From contig JAUWOO010000002.1 in the NCBI GenBank assembly GCA_030612095.1, positions 1 to 36,038 on the forward strand: DNA of 36,038 nucleotides, given 5' to 3'. The stretch's first letter is position 1. The number at the start of each line of letters is the position of its first letter. The translations under genes were made by a program, and so were the position numbers. This stretch comes from Thermoplasmatota archaeon. Its GTDB lineage: Archaea; Thermoplasmatota; E2; DHVEG-1. The notes below the pieces were generated by a model that saw only the letters and a list, made by a program, of their open reading frames with translations, did not search any database and was not told where the DNA came from. Below, piece by piece: positions 13,821 through 23,453 of the stretch.

Positions 13821-14093
13821 ATGGGGGAAGTAATAGCACTTATGCGCGTTATGCCAGGTGAAGTAATAGATGACGGTAAATTACAGAAAATGATAGATGA
13901 CATAAAAGACGTAGTAAAATCGCCTGTAACACTTGGAAAAATTGAGGTTAAAAATATTGCCTTTGGACTTAAGGGATTGAACGTCACCGTATTGGTACCA
14001 GATGATGCAGGTGGATTAGATCCTGTGGTTGAGACTATTTCTAAAATTGAAAACGTTGACAGTGTCGAAGTAACAGATGTAGGACGAGTCTAA
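13821..14093 (+). CDS. ef1b: Archaeal translation elongation factor 1-beta
   Basis: MGEVIALMRVMP...IAFGLKGL...IENVDSVEV; RBS AGGAGG at 13807-13812 fixes the start at 13821. Confidence 0.95.
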   Translation: MGEVIALMRVMPGEVIDDGKLQKMIDDIKDVVKSPVTLGKIEVKNIAFGLKGLNVTVLVPDDAGGLDPVVETISKIENVDSVEVTDVGRV

Positions 14094-14095
14094 AT

Positions 14096-14785
14096 CTAGG
14101 CTGCTCTACCGGGTTTTTTAAGCTGATCTGAAAAATTCTGTATTACTTGAGAACCAATTTCTGTAGGATAGTATATTGGGTAAGCAGAGTTGCTTGTATC
14201 GCCATCAATCAATTCAGCCATATACATTTTTTTAATATGCCATTTAACGGTATGATGATTGAGATCAAGGGCATGAGCAATCTCAAGCAAATGTTTACCA
14301 GGATTATCATTTAAATATAACATGATCTCACGAGCGTTTTTATTTCTTAAAATAGATTCTGCAACAGCTTCCTTTCTGGCTTCAATACCACCTTCAACCA
14401 GATAATAGACTTTTTTTCCACCGATGGCCCTACTTCGTACAAGGTTTGTTTGTTCTAGTTTGCGAAGATGCCACGCTGCATTACTCGGCTTTAAATTCAA
14501 TTCTCGTGCAATTTCCCTAAGATGTGAACCAGGATAATCCGTAATATATCCAAATAAATTCTTTCTGATCTCAGTATCCAATACGTTCTCTGGTGTCACA
14601 TATTTAATACCACCTGCAGTAATAACCGCAATAATTATTCCTATTACAATTGCTGCAGCAACTCCTAGAGGAACAATAAAATTCGTAGGATTTAGTATAT
14701 CATCAGCAGCAACACTATCTGCTAAAAAAATTAAAAATAAAAAAGACAATATTAAAATTACTAACGTTCTCCTATCACATCGCAT
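14096..14785 (-). CDS. Membrane-anchored tandem winged-HTH transcriptional regulator (COG3398-like)
   Basis: Signal-like segment plus TM helix, then two repeats PGxHLxEIA...WHL/IxK; RBS GGAGG upstream. Confidence 0.8.
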   Translation of the reverse strand: MRCDRRTLVILILSFLFLIFLADSVAADDILNPTNFIVPLGVAAAIVIGIIIAVITAGGIKYVTPENVLDTEIRKNLFGYITDYPGSHLREIARELNLKPSNAAWHLRKLEQTNLVRSRAIGGKKVYYLVEGGIEARKEAVAESILRNKNAREIMLYLNDNPGKHLLEIAHALDLNHHTVKWHIKKMYMAELIDGDTSNSAYPIYYPTEIGSQVIQNFSDQLKKPGRAA

Positions 14786-14849
14786 CCTATCTCATCCTCC
14801 AATTTTTGCATCCTATGACATATCCAAAACATTGAACAACTTAAAAAGT

Positions 14850-16565
14850 TTACTTATGTGCAAAAAAACCAGTTACCCTGTTGTCCGTATTTTCAATTCT
14901 CACAAATCCAAACCGTTCAAACTGTATGACCTCCCCAGTCATTATAGTTGAAACTGCTTTCTCTGCAAATCCCTGCACCGTCTCAAGACTGTCTGGGTTG
15001 TATTTATCACCCTCAAAAAGGAGATGGGGAACAAAAACTTTCATTTTAACAAAGTCATCGGTTGTCCACTGAATCTTGGCCGACTCAGATATCAACTCCT
15101 CGCCTGCATACTCTGCAAAAATTGTATCGTTTTTTTCTTTTATTTTTACATTAAAGAGATCTTTTAATCTGAAGACATCTCCTGTTTTTATTTTTTCCAT
15201 ATCTGCTTTTGGAACGAAAAACGTTTTACCAGTTTTTATAAACCGGCTTCCAAGTTTTTTATCAGTTGGATGAAAACTTATTAATTTTTCTTTTGATGGA
15301 GCACCTTCAACAACAAGTTTTACAGGATCTTTCACAAAGAAATATCGTCTAGCCGTAGGATCTATTAATTTTCTGTTAAAAGATTCTACAATACCAAACG
15401 TTACAGTTGATTCTACCTTTGAAATACCTTGAGAGATTACAAATTGTTTGATAGCTTCCGGTAGAATACCTCGTTTTTTTAACCCTCTCAAGGTTGGCAA
15501 TCTAATATCATCATACCCTGTGACCAGTCCTTGTTCAATTAATGGCTTTATTTTACGTTTCGATACAGGCATGCCATCTATTGAAAGACGCGCAAATTCC
15601 ATGAGGTGTGGTTTCCTCAATTTAAGAAGATCAAGAAGTCTAAAATAACATTCATCACGAAGCTCATATTCTTTCGTCCGAAAGGGATGTGTCACACCAC
15701 TAATACTGTCCTCAACTGCACCAGCAAAATCATAGGTTGGCCATAATCTAAATTTACTACCATGAATCGGATGTGGCTTATCTATAACCCTAAAAAGAGT
15801 TGGATCCCTCATTGCAGTATTCTCGCAAGTCATATCGCCTTTAAGCCTCAGTACCATACCCTCTATCGATGATGAGATCATATCGTTCCAAAGATCGATA
15901 TTTTCCCCGCAAGAAACATCTCTACAGCAGCATTCCTTTCCATGAAAACGCCCCTTTTTAATAACATCTGGTGAGCAGTTGCAAACATATGCACCCCCTT
16001 GATTTATTAACTGTTCAGCAAGTTTATAGTGTTTTTCCAGATTATCTGAAGTGCGGTATTCCTCATCCCATTCTATACCAAGCCACCTTAAGTCTTCTTT
16101 TTGAACATCGTAAAACTCGGACTGCGCATTCTCGGGATTTGTATCATCAAATCGTAAGATGAATTTTCCATCGTACATCCTTGCATACTCGTAATCAACA
16201 ATAGATGCCTTAGCGTGACCAATATGTAGGTAGCCATTGGGCTCAGGTGGAAAACGAGTGACAACTTTTCCTCTCTCTGCCTCTGGAAGTTCAGGCAATG
16301 AAAAATCTCTTTCTTTCTTTTCTTTTTTAAGAAGTTCGGGAGCGAGTTTTTCTAGTTCAGCAATCTGTGTAGCCAATTGAATATTATTGACTTCCCCCAC
16401 AACAGAGCTAACAATTGGAATTATTTCCCTTGGGGAAAAACCATCTTTTCTCAAAACACTAATAACTTTTCCGACCACTGCTTTTACATTTGCCCTTCCG
16501 TCAAACCGAATAGCGTTTTGAAGCGCATACATCCTCGCAGTTTTTTGTATCTTATCACTTGACAT
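14850..16565 (-). CDS. gltX: Glutamate--tRNA ligase (archaeal type)
   Basis: RFPPEPNGYLHIGH, RFDDTNP, VSKR (KMSKS equivalent), QFERFGF. Confidence 0.97.
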   Translation of the reverse strand: MSSDKIQKTARMYALQNAIRFDGRANVKAVVGKVISVLRKDGFSPREIIPIVSSVVGEVNNIQLATQIAELEKLAPELLKKEKKERDFSLPELPEAERGKVVTRFPPEPNGYLHIGHAKASIVDYEYARMYDGKFILRFDDTNPENAQSEFYDVQKEDLRWLGIEWDEEYRTSDNLEKHYKLAEQLINQGGAYVCNCSPDVIKKGRFHGKECCCRDVSCGENIDLWNDMISSSIEGMVLRLKGDMTCENTAMRDPTLFRVIDKPHPIHGSKFRLWPTYDFAGAVEDSISGVTHPFRTKEYELRDECYFRLLDLLKLRKPHLMEFARLSIDGMPVSKRKIKPLIEQGLVTGYDDIRLPTLRGLKKRGILPEAIKQFVISQGISKVESTVTFGIVESFNRKLIDPTARRYFFVKDPVKLVVEGAPSKEKLISFHPTDKKLGSRFIKTGKTFFVPKADMEKIKTGDVFRLKDLFNVKIKEKNDTIFAEYAGEELISESAKIQWTTDDFVKMKVFVPHLLFEGDKYNPDSLETVQGFAEKAVSTIMTGEVIQFERFGFVRIENTDNRVTGFFAHK

Positions 16566-16569
16566 AGCA

Positions 16570-17553
16570 CTATTTCTCTCTTGTTATAGAATACTCAGCT
16601 AATCCAATTAAAACCTGTTTTGCATCTGAATCGTCTAACGCATCCAGAGCCTTCTTTGCCTTGGTACTATACTCCAAAGCAGCATTCTTTGCATATTCAA
16701 TCGATTTCATCTCGTTAAATAAATCATAAACTCTTTTGACTTCCTGTTCCGAAGCGTCCCCATTACCAAATATTTCTTCTAAAAGTTTCTTATCATCCCC
16801 AACAGCATTGTTAATAGAACGAACAGCTATAAGTGTTTTTTTACCGTTTCTAATATCATTTCCGATATCTTTTCCAAGTGTCCCTTCATCACTACTCATA
16901 TCAAGATAATCATCTCGTATCTGAAAAGCCAAACCTAAAGATTCCCCATATTCGCTCAGGGCCTTAATTTCTTCTCTTGTTCCACCACCTAAAATTGCGC
17001 CACCTTCAGCAGCGAATTTAAATAACACTGCTGTCTTCCTACGGATCATCTCAAGATATTCCTCTTCCAGAACATCCTGTCTTCGTTCAAATTCCATATC
17101 CATTTGTTGACCTTCACATATCTCCCGGATGCATACTACAAGCCCAAAATCCACCTCTTTGAAAACAGAAAGATCACTGGAAATATCATGCATGACTTCA
17201 AAGGCTTTGGCAAATAATAGATCCCCTGCCATTATTGCAGTAGGCTCATCGAATTTGACATGTACTGTCGGCATATTTCGCCTCAAGTTGGATTTGTCCA
17301 TAATATCATCATGAACAAGTGTAAAATTATGGATTAATTCAAGAGCAACTGCAAACGGCATTACCCGATTTACATCTCCCCCCACAGCATCACAAGAAAG
17401 TATAGATATACATGGCCGCAGTCTTTTACCGCCAGCTAGGGGAAGATGTCTAGCGGCATCATAGAGAGATTTTGGCTGTCCGTTTTTCAAATATTCTTCA
17501 AGTTCTATGTTAAAAACATCTGCTCTTTTACTTAATTCCTGTTTTAGATCCAT
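16570..17553 (-). CDS. idsA: Geranylgeranyl diphosphate synthase / polyprenyl synthetase
   Basis: GGKRLRP, HDDIMD...RR (FARM), GQQMD, KTA, FQIRDDYLD (SARM). Confidence 0.93.
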   Translation of the reverse strand: MDLKQELSKRADVFNIELEEYLKNGQPKSLYDAARHLPLAGGKRLRPCISILSCDAVGGDVNRVMPFAVALELIHNFTLVHDDIMDKSNLRRNMPTVHVKFDEPTAIMAGDLLFAKAFEVMHDISSDLSVFKEVDFGLVVCIREICEGQQMDMEFERRQDVLEEEYLEMIRRKTAVLFKFAAEGGAILGGGTREEIKALSEYGESLGLAFQIRDDYLDMSSDEGTLGKDIGNDIRNGKKTLIAVRSINNAVGDDKKLLEEIFGNGDASEQEVKRVYDLFNEMKSIEYAKNAALEYSTKAKKALDALDDSDAKQVLIGLAEYSITREK

Positions 17554-18584
17554 AACTCTGCACCAACATCGATCATCTTTGAAACGCTGTCAGCCCCTAC
17601 TAAAAACATCGCGGCTCTTAGCTCCTTAATAATTGCATCAACCTCAAAAATGGTAGATTCCTTGTCTTTATTGGCCGGTCCAAGGAGTGTGTGTGCCATA
17701 CCTGCACAATTTGCACCGAGTGCCATTGCCTTTGCCGCATCAAGTCCGTTTCGAATGCCACCAGTTGCAATAATTGGTAGCTTCCAATCAGTCGCATCTC
17801 CGACTTCAAGTATAGAAGTTGGCGTAGGAATACCCCAGTCCCAAAAAGTTTTACCACCCCTCTCATGAAGCCGGTCATTTATCATCCCCGCCCGATAATG
17901 CTCTATTGCAGCAAAGGAGGTGCCGCCTGCACCACCTACATCAATCCCTGCAATTTTTGTTTTAGAAAGTCTACTAGCAACATCATATGAAATACCGGCA
18001 CCTGATTCTTTAACAACCAAAGGAACATCTAAATCCTGTGCAAGTTCTTTTATGGCATCAAAACATCCTTTTGCATGTGGCTCCCCTTCAAATTGGATAA
18101 CCTCCTGCAAAAAATTGAGACAAACCACGAAAACATTAGCACCTATCATATCAATCATTTCCTGTACATTAGCTAAAGTCTTATCACGACCCCATAAAAC
18201 AAGTTGAGATGCACCTATATTAGCAAAACGCAAGGGAATATCAAAGTCTTTTACAACACCATATGTATCCTTTAAGCCAGAATTTTCTAATCCGGCTCTT
18301 TGGGAACCTACACCCATCCCTATTTGGAATTTTTCTGCAGCGGCAGCAAGATTTTCATTTATTTTTTTAGCTTTTTGATAACCGCCCGTCATGCCTGAGA
18401 TAATCAACGGCGCATCCATTTTTTTTCCAAATAAGCCCGTAGAAAGATCAAGTTCATCCTTATTTATTTCCGGAAGAGCATTATGTATCAGTTTTACATC
18501 ATCCCAATAATTGTGATGAGCCGCTACATCCTTCTCAAGTGAAATTCTTACGTGTTCATCCTTTCTATTTTCAGTCTGATTCAT
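17544..18584 (-). CDS. fni: Isopentenyl-diphosphate delta-isomerase, type 2 (FMN-dependent)
   Basis: RKDEH, MTGG, GVGSQR, NFLQE, VKESG, GAGGTSF, DWGIPT, TGGIRNG. Confidence 0.96.
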   Translation of the reverse strand: MNQTENRKDEHVRISLEKDVAAHHNYWDDVKLIHNALPEINKDELDLSTGLFGKKMDAPLIISGMTGGYQKAKKINENLAAAAEKFQIGMGVGSQRAGLENSGLKDTYGVVKDFDIPLRFANIGASQLVLWGRDKTLANVQEMIDMIGANVFVVCLNFLQEVIQFEGEPHAKGCFDAIKELAQDLDVPLVVKESGAGISYDVASRLSKTKIAGIDVGGAGGTSFAAIEHYRAGMINDRLHERGGKTFWDWGIPTPTSILEVGDATDWKLPIIATGGIRNGLDAAKAMALGANCAGMAHTLLGPANKDKESTIFEVDAIIKELRAAMFLVGADSVSKMIDVGAELWI

Positions 18585-19363
18585 TTTTTATCCCCATAGA
18601 CAATGGTTCGTTTAATGTCTTCGCCAATCAATGCATTATATAATATATCCTGTTTATTACCGTTTAGTAAAACAGTGTCGATACCCAACCGCGAAATGTT
18701 TTTCATCGTATCAATCTTTCCCCCCATGCCCCCAGTAACATCGGCGTGAGCATCTATAGATGTTGTTAGTTTTTCTAGTTTTTCTATTGTCGTCGATTCT
18801 ATAAACTCTGCATCTTTATTTATTTTTGGATTAGAAGTATATAACCCATCTTCATCCATTACAAATATTACCTTTTCAGGTTTAAAATATTTTGCCAATG
18901 CCATGACAAGCAAGTCACCAGAGCAAATCGAAAAACCCAGTTTTTCGTCCAATACAACATCACCAAAGGTTACAGGAGTAAAATGTTTATCTAAATACTC
19001 TTCAAATATCTTGTAATCCATCCTTGCTAATTCATGATCATTAAGCTTTACAATTGAATGTGGAGACAGTGAAACGGCAGAAACGTTGTGACTATGCAGA
19101 GACTTGAGAACAAAAGAGTTCAACGTTTGAACCATTGCATGAGTGAGAGAGAAACCATGGATCTGATCTTCACTTTTGTATCCTTTGTTCAACTCATATT
19201 GTTTTGCAAGAATATGACCAAATGATCCTGCACCATGAACCAATATTACTTCCTTATTTGCCTTTTTAATTTCCCCGGCTAAATTGTCCATTACCTCCGG
19301 TCGGAAACAACCTTGTTCGGATTTTTTAGTTATTACGCTTCCACCAAGTTTCAAGATGAACAT
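18581..19363 (-). CDS. ipk: Isopentenyl phosphate kinase
   Basis: LKLGGSVIT, VHGAGSFGH, GDVV, SGD, DVTGGMGGK; start placed at ATG 19363 (TTG 19372 possible). Confidence 0.93.
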   Translation of the reverse strand: MFILKLGGSVITKKSEQGCFRPEVMDNLAGEIKKANKEVILVHGAGSFGHILAKQYELNKGYKSEDQIHGFSLTHAMVQTLNSFVLKSLHSHNVSAVSLSPHSIVKLNDHELARMDYKIFEEYLDKHFTPVTFGDVVLDEKLGFSICSGDLLVMALAKYFKPEKVIFVMDEDGLYTSNPKINKDAEFIESTTIEKLEKLTTSIDAHADVTGGMGGKIDTMKNISRLGIDTVLLNGNKQDILYNALIGEDIKRTIVYGDKK

Positions 19364-19462
19364 AGTTACCAAATAAACTATACTCTAAAAAGGATTTTCA
19401 TGAAAAATATGGATTTTTTTGTATTTAACCTACCAAAAAGGAGATTAAGAATGGAAATTACC

Positions 19463-22400
19463 CTATTGCCCACTCTTTTGTTTCCTGCCAAGTAATCTTG
19501 CAGTTATGAGAAGTATAATTATCAATACCAATGCAAGTATTACCCAAAGATATTGCTGCAGAAGAGTCACCGGTTCTTTTTCATGCGGATAACCTACCGC
19601 CCCGAATGGCATGTGACCATCAACCGAGAGTTCGGCATCATATCGTAACGGCATTGTATCTTCTTTTTCCCAGTTATTGCCATCACTATATGTTGTGTCT
19701 GGGACATACATTCTTAGATCAGGATCGCCGAAGTAAACAACACTTTCCATCGTATCCCACCACCACTGTGGCTCCTCCGGTAAATACAAAGTTCCAACAT
19801 GACTTATACCTTTCTCGTATGCCTCACCGACGGTATTTCCCAAGATGATATCTCGAGGTATAGATTGTCTCCAAACCGCACCATACCAAGAGGTAGGCCA
19901 GGGATCCTGAACCTGAAACACACTTCCATGTCTTATAAGTGTAAGATGAAGATAAGTGTTTGATGTTTGACAGATGCTAGTTATAAACCCAACAGAATGA
20001 AGATTCTCCAAATGGCTTTCTATTTCACTTGCATTTTTCCATACCAACGGATACTTGGAATATGCTATTGTCCCAGTCAAACCATCATATAAATCGTTCA
20101 CTTCGAACGGGTTAAAAAATGGGATGATATTGTTTAAAAATTCTCTAACGGGCTTACGTGCTAGCACCCAATCCATACCTGTTGCTGGAATAAGGAAACT
20201 CTCGTGATTTGTATATGGTATAAAACCTTGCATATCCATTGACATTGTATCTGGCTCTTCAGTACAACCGAGAAGCCAATCATAACCTCTCCAAGGGTTT
20301 TTTTCTTTTATAGCGCCAGCAAATGGTTTTGCAAGTTTGTGTTTTTCAAAACCTGCCGAGGGATTCCAAAACAATGTTTTTCCCCCGTTTCCATGTGTCC
20401 CGTGAGAAGCATGCACCCAAAGAATTACCCCATGATTGAGATTACTAGTGACCGATTCAAGTTCAGTTGAGAAAACAGTATCAAATCCTCCTTTATTGAG
20501 GTAAAATGGAACTACCTCTGTTTCAGATATGTCTGGGAAATATGATCCCTCTTCCCCATAATGTTTTTTATTTACACCTTGATCGATGGGCTCCATTGTA
20601 GTAGTTTCTCCAGGGGTGAGGCCGTCAGCACATTGGTATTTCGACCCATAGTACTTGCTTGCTCTTTCATTAAATCGATATTTATGCGTTACAAAAGAAC
20701 ACAAGACTGGAAATTCAAATGTGTTCTCCACAGATTCTCTCTTTATGACAAGCGTATTTAGCAAAGGTTTTTTGAGAAGTCCCCTGAATCCTTCCCTGGA
20801 ACTAACACTTCCATTTGTCAAAGATACTTTGCCCTGAAGTGCAGGGTTTTCGAATATAATCGCAGGATAAAACACATTACGAGAAATCCAGTAAGCAGTA
20901 TCAACAGGAGTTCCGCAGAATCTTCCAGAGTATGCTACACCGGGAAAGATACGGTCCCAAGGGATACCTATGTCATATTGATCTGCAACAGTAATAATTG
21001 TCTCTTTTCCTTCTTTATCAAAGCCATAAAGTTCTAGAAAATCATAAATGCGTTTACCAGTTAAAACCATCTCAGCGACAGATGGCGTATGGTCATAACG
21101 ATCAGACGCGAATCGTTTCCAAAATTCGTTGTGCCATACAACTGCTGAAGAAAGCCGTGGATGATTATCAACAATCAATACCGGGGCACCATGATGTGCA
21201 GCAATGAATGCTGCAGGGCCGATAAACAATGCACCTTCTTCTTCACCCCCTGGTTCAAGTTCCTCCATGTACCAATAGGTCCATGGGTCTATCGTCGTAA
21301 AAATTACATCGTTACTATCTGTTACATCACGGATTGCATCATAGATTTGCTTAGGTTCTATATAGTTCTCCCTTACTCTTACAATACTCTTAATTTCCTC
21401 TATAATATTACTATTGAGATGATCTCCCAGATTCACCAGATATATATTTTCAACTCCAAGCTTATAAATAACCTCCTTGGAAGCATCTGGGATGTCTGAA
21501 GGGGATATATACAACAGTGGTGCGTTTAAAACACTGGCTAACACAGCACCCTCTGTAGCAGATGTCAGAGAATCTGCCTCGGCCTTTGAAATGCCCTGGT
21601 GCCAAGTATATTCAAGTTTAAAGTCTACAGGTATTTTTATGTCATCCATAGCAAATACACATACAGAATAATTTTCTCCAGGCAAACATTCTCCTAGTGA
21701 ATCTAGATGAATCTCCTGAGAATCTGTTCTACTTTCATTTAGACTGGAAAAAATTGCTTCACCACCAGGCCCTATGATGGTAAAACCAAGTTTTACATTT
21801 GGATCATTCCACGTTAACTCAAAATCTGCCCCTCTGCATCCAAATGGGGGATTATCTGGTAGTTTTATATCTACACCAGGATACATCATAACATCCACAT
21901 AATATGTTACCTTAGAGTTTAACATACCCAGCAATGATCCTTGAATTGTAAAAATCCCTCCAAGAATACCTCGTCTTGGAGCATCGCTCTCTGTCGGGAA
22001 ATCAGTTATGCCCACCCTCCAACTACCTGAGTGATAAACATAAGATTGTGTATATTCGTGACCAGCTGGCGAGTATACATTCCAGTACGCAGCGGCCGCA
22101 GCTTGCATCCACTCCCCATCTTGTCTACAATATAATTGGAGATCTGGATCGCCAGTGGGAATCATTATATTTCCCCCTATAAGTATACCATCCCACCAGG
22201 CTTCTGCTTTAACATATCTATATTTATCACCAACACTGAATTCATGATACACAGGATTCAAAGAATTTGTCTGTTCCACTTGAAAGGTTGGTTCTTTGTG
22301 TATTTTACAAGCAGGCAAAGTTTCCTTCAACTCATTGGAAATTATGTTGTCTGGTACCTCAAAATCTTCATCAATAACAGCAATAATAGCATTATCTGAG

Positions 22401-22918
22401 TATGACCAATCATTTAGTGCAATTTCACTAGCTATAGTATATGGATCATCTGCATCGATAATATCATATTCCTTAGATTTCCAACTATTGTCTAGGTTAT
22501 TCTTTGGAACATTTATTAGGGTCATCTGATCGAGTTGCCCATTACAATAACTCATCCAATCTTCCATGAAATAATCAATTCCCTTTCTAGCATTAATGGG
22601 AAGTTCCCTTTCATCATCTGACTCACATTCATCTTGATAAAACAATAAGGGATGAGAGAAAAGTTTGTCCCCGTCATTGAATACAGAGGTAGGGACAGCA
22701 GCAAGATATGCATAATCGTCAAGGTAGCTGTCCTCATCAAAATTAACAAAGGTAATTTTTTCCATTGACACAACAGATTTATAAGATGGCCCTTTGTCGA
22801 AGCTTTTAATATGCTTAGTATCAGCAGCTAGAGTAACTGGAAGAATAGACACTGCTAGCAGTATACATACTATTACTATTGTCAAAAAAACATTTGATTG
22901 GTTAATTCCTTTTTTCAT
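19463..22918 (-). CDS. Large secreted, C-terminally anchored protein with three CWB2-like motifs, PPC-like domains and a C25 (gingipain)-like peptidase domain
   Basis: Signal peptide after ATG 22918 (GAGG RBS); C-terminal TM helix and basic tail; WVHASHG, SICQT, TVGEAY and YFGDPDL resemble clan CD/C25 motifs. Confidence 0.6.
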   Translation of the reverse strand: MKKGINQSNVFLTIVIVCILLAVSILPVTLAADTKHIKSFDKGPSYKSVVSMEKITFVNFDEDSYLDDYAYLAAVPTSVFNDGDKLFSHPLLFYQDECESDDERELPINARKGIDYFMEDWMSYCNGQLDQMTLINVPKNNLDNSWKSKEYDIIDADDPYTIASEIALNDWSYSDNAIIAVIDEDFEVPDNIISNELKETLPACKIHKEPTFQVEQTNSLNPVYHEFSVGDKYRYVKAEAWWDGILIGGNIMIPTGDPDLQLYCRQDGEWMQAAAAAYWNVYSPAGHEYTQSYVYHSGSWRVGITDFPTESDAPRRGILGGIFTIQGSLLGMLNSKVTYYVDVMMYPGVDIKLPDNPPFGCRGADFELTWNDPNVKLGFTIIGPGGEAIFSSLNESRTDSQEIHLDSLGECLPGENYSVCVFAMDDIKIPVDFKLEYTWHQGISKAEADSLTSATEGAVLASVLNAPLLYISPSDIPDASKEVIYKLGVENIYLVNLGDHLNSNIIEEIKSIVRVRENYIEPKQIYDAIRDVTDSNDVIFTTIDPWTYWYMEELEPGGEEEGALFIGPAAFIAAHHGAPVLIVDNHPRLSSAVVWHNEFWKRFASDRYDHTPSVAEMVLTGKRIYDFLELYGFDKEGKETIITVADQYDIGIPWDRIFPGVAYSGRFCGTPVDTAYWISRNVFYPAIIFENPALQGKVSLTNGSVSSREGFRGLLKKPLLNTLVIKRESVENTFEFPVLCSFVTHKYRFNERASKYYGSKYQCADGLTPGETTTMEPIDQGVNKKHYGEEGSYFPDISETEVVPFYLNKGGFDTVFSTELESVTSNLNHGVILWVHASHGTHGNGGKTLFWNPSAGFEKHKLAKPFAGAIKEKNPWRGYDWLLGCTEEPDTMSMDMQGFIPYTNHESFLIPATGMDWVLARKPVREFLNNIIPFFNPFEVNDLYDGLTGTIAYSKYPLVWKNASEIESHLENLHSVGFITSICQTSNTYLHLTLIRHGSVFQVQDPWPTSWYGAVWRQSIPRDIILGNTVGEAYEKGISHVGTLYLPEEPQWWWDTMESVVYFGDPDLRMYVPDTTYSDGNNWEKEDTMPLRYDAELSVDGHMPFGAVGYPHEKEPVTLLQQYLWVILALVLIIILLITARLLGRKQKSGQ

Positions 22919-23078
22919 CGATATGCCCTCAGGTTTCACTGTGGACATTAATAACAATCTTTGATTATAAATAATTTATTATTTTTATTTACCTAAATAT
23001 AGTGTCATACTAGCACCATATAAAATGGGAATTTATTTGACGAATAGTATCTGGATTTGACAATACTGGATCTTGTTT

Positions 23079-23330
23079 TCAAGCAGACATCATAGTTTTA
23101 TCTTTGTTTTGCTCATGTATAAGCCAAAGAGCAATGGGCATCCCTCCATTAGGATCTTGCATGACGGTTTTTGCCCAACCAGTCAAATCCTCTTCTGGTT
23201 CGTTTTTGCAACAATCTTCGCATAAAAAATGCTCATCATTAAATACCAGACCAGATAAATTTTCACTCAGTAGAATCTTACGATTGCATAAACTACATAT
23301 TCTTTCAGTCGCTTTACACCACCAAACCAA
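23079..23330 (-). CDS. Small C4 zinc-finger protein, unknown function
   Basis: CSLC...FLCEDCC; AAAGGA upstream of the TTG start; co-oriented with the large gene. Confidence 0.65.
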   Translation of the reverse strand: MVWWCKATERICSLCNRKILLSENLSGLVFNDEHFLCEDCCKNEPEEDLTGWAKTVMQDPNGGMPIALWLIHEQNKDKTMMSA

Positions 23331-23453
23331 ATTTCCTTTGACTATAATATATTCGCAATCTGTTTATAAATGCAACCCATCATAATCACCAACTGCAGAT
23401 GCTCGTTTTTGTAAGAAATTCCCAAATTTGATAAAAAATAATTACAGTAAAGG

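Noticed and set aside
13667..13987. 106-aa minus-strand ORF and similar antisense ORFs inside assigned genes (e.g. 8024-8446, 24037-24393)
   Set aside because: Antisense to well-supported genes.
23425..23453. dif/Xer-like site next to the IS481-like element (IS1202-type targeting)
   Set aside because: The arms are poorly palindromic and spacing does not fit 11-6-11 convincingly.
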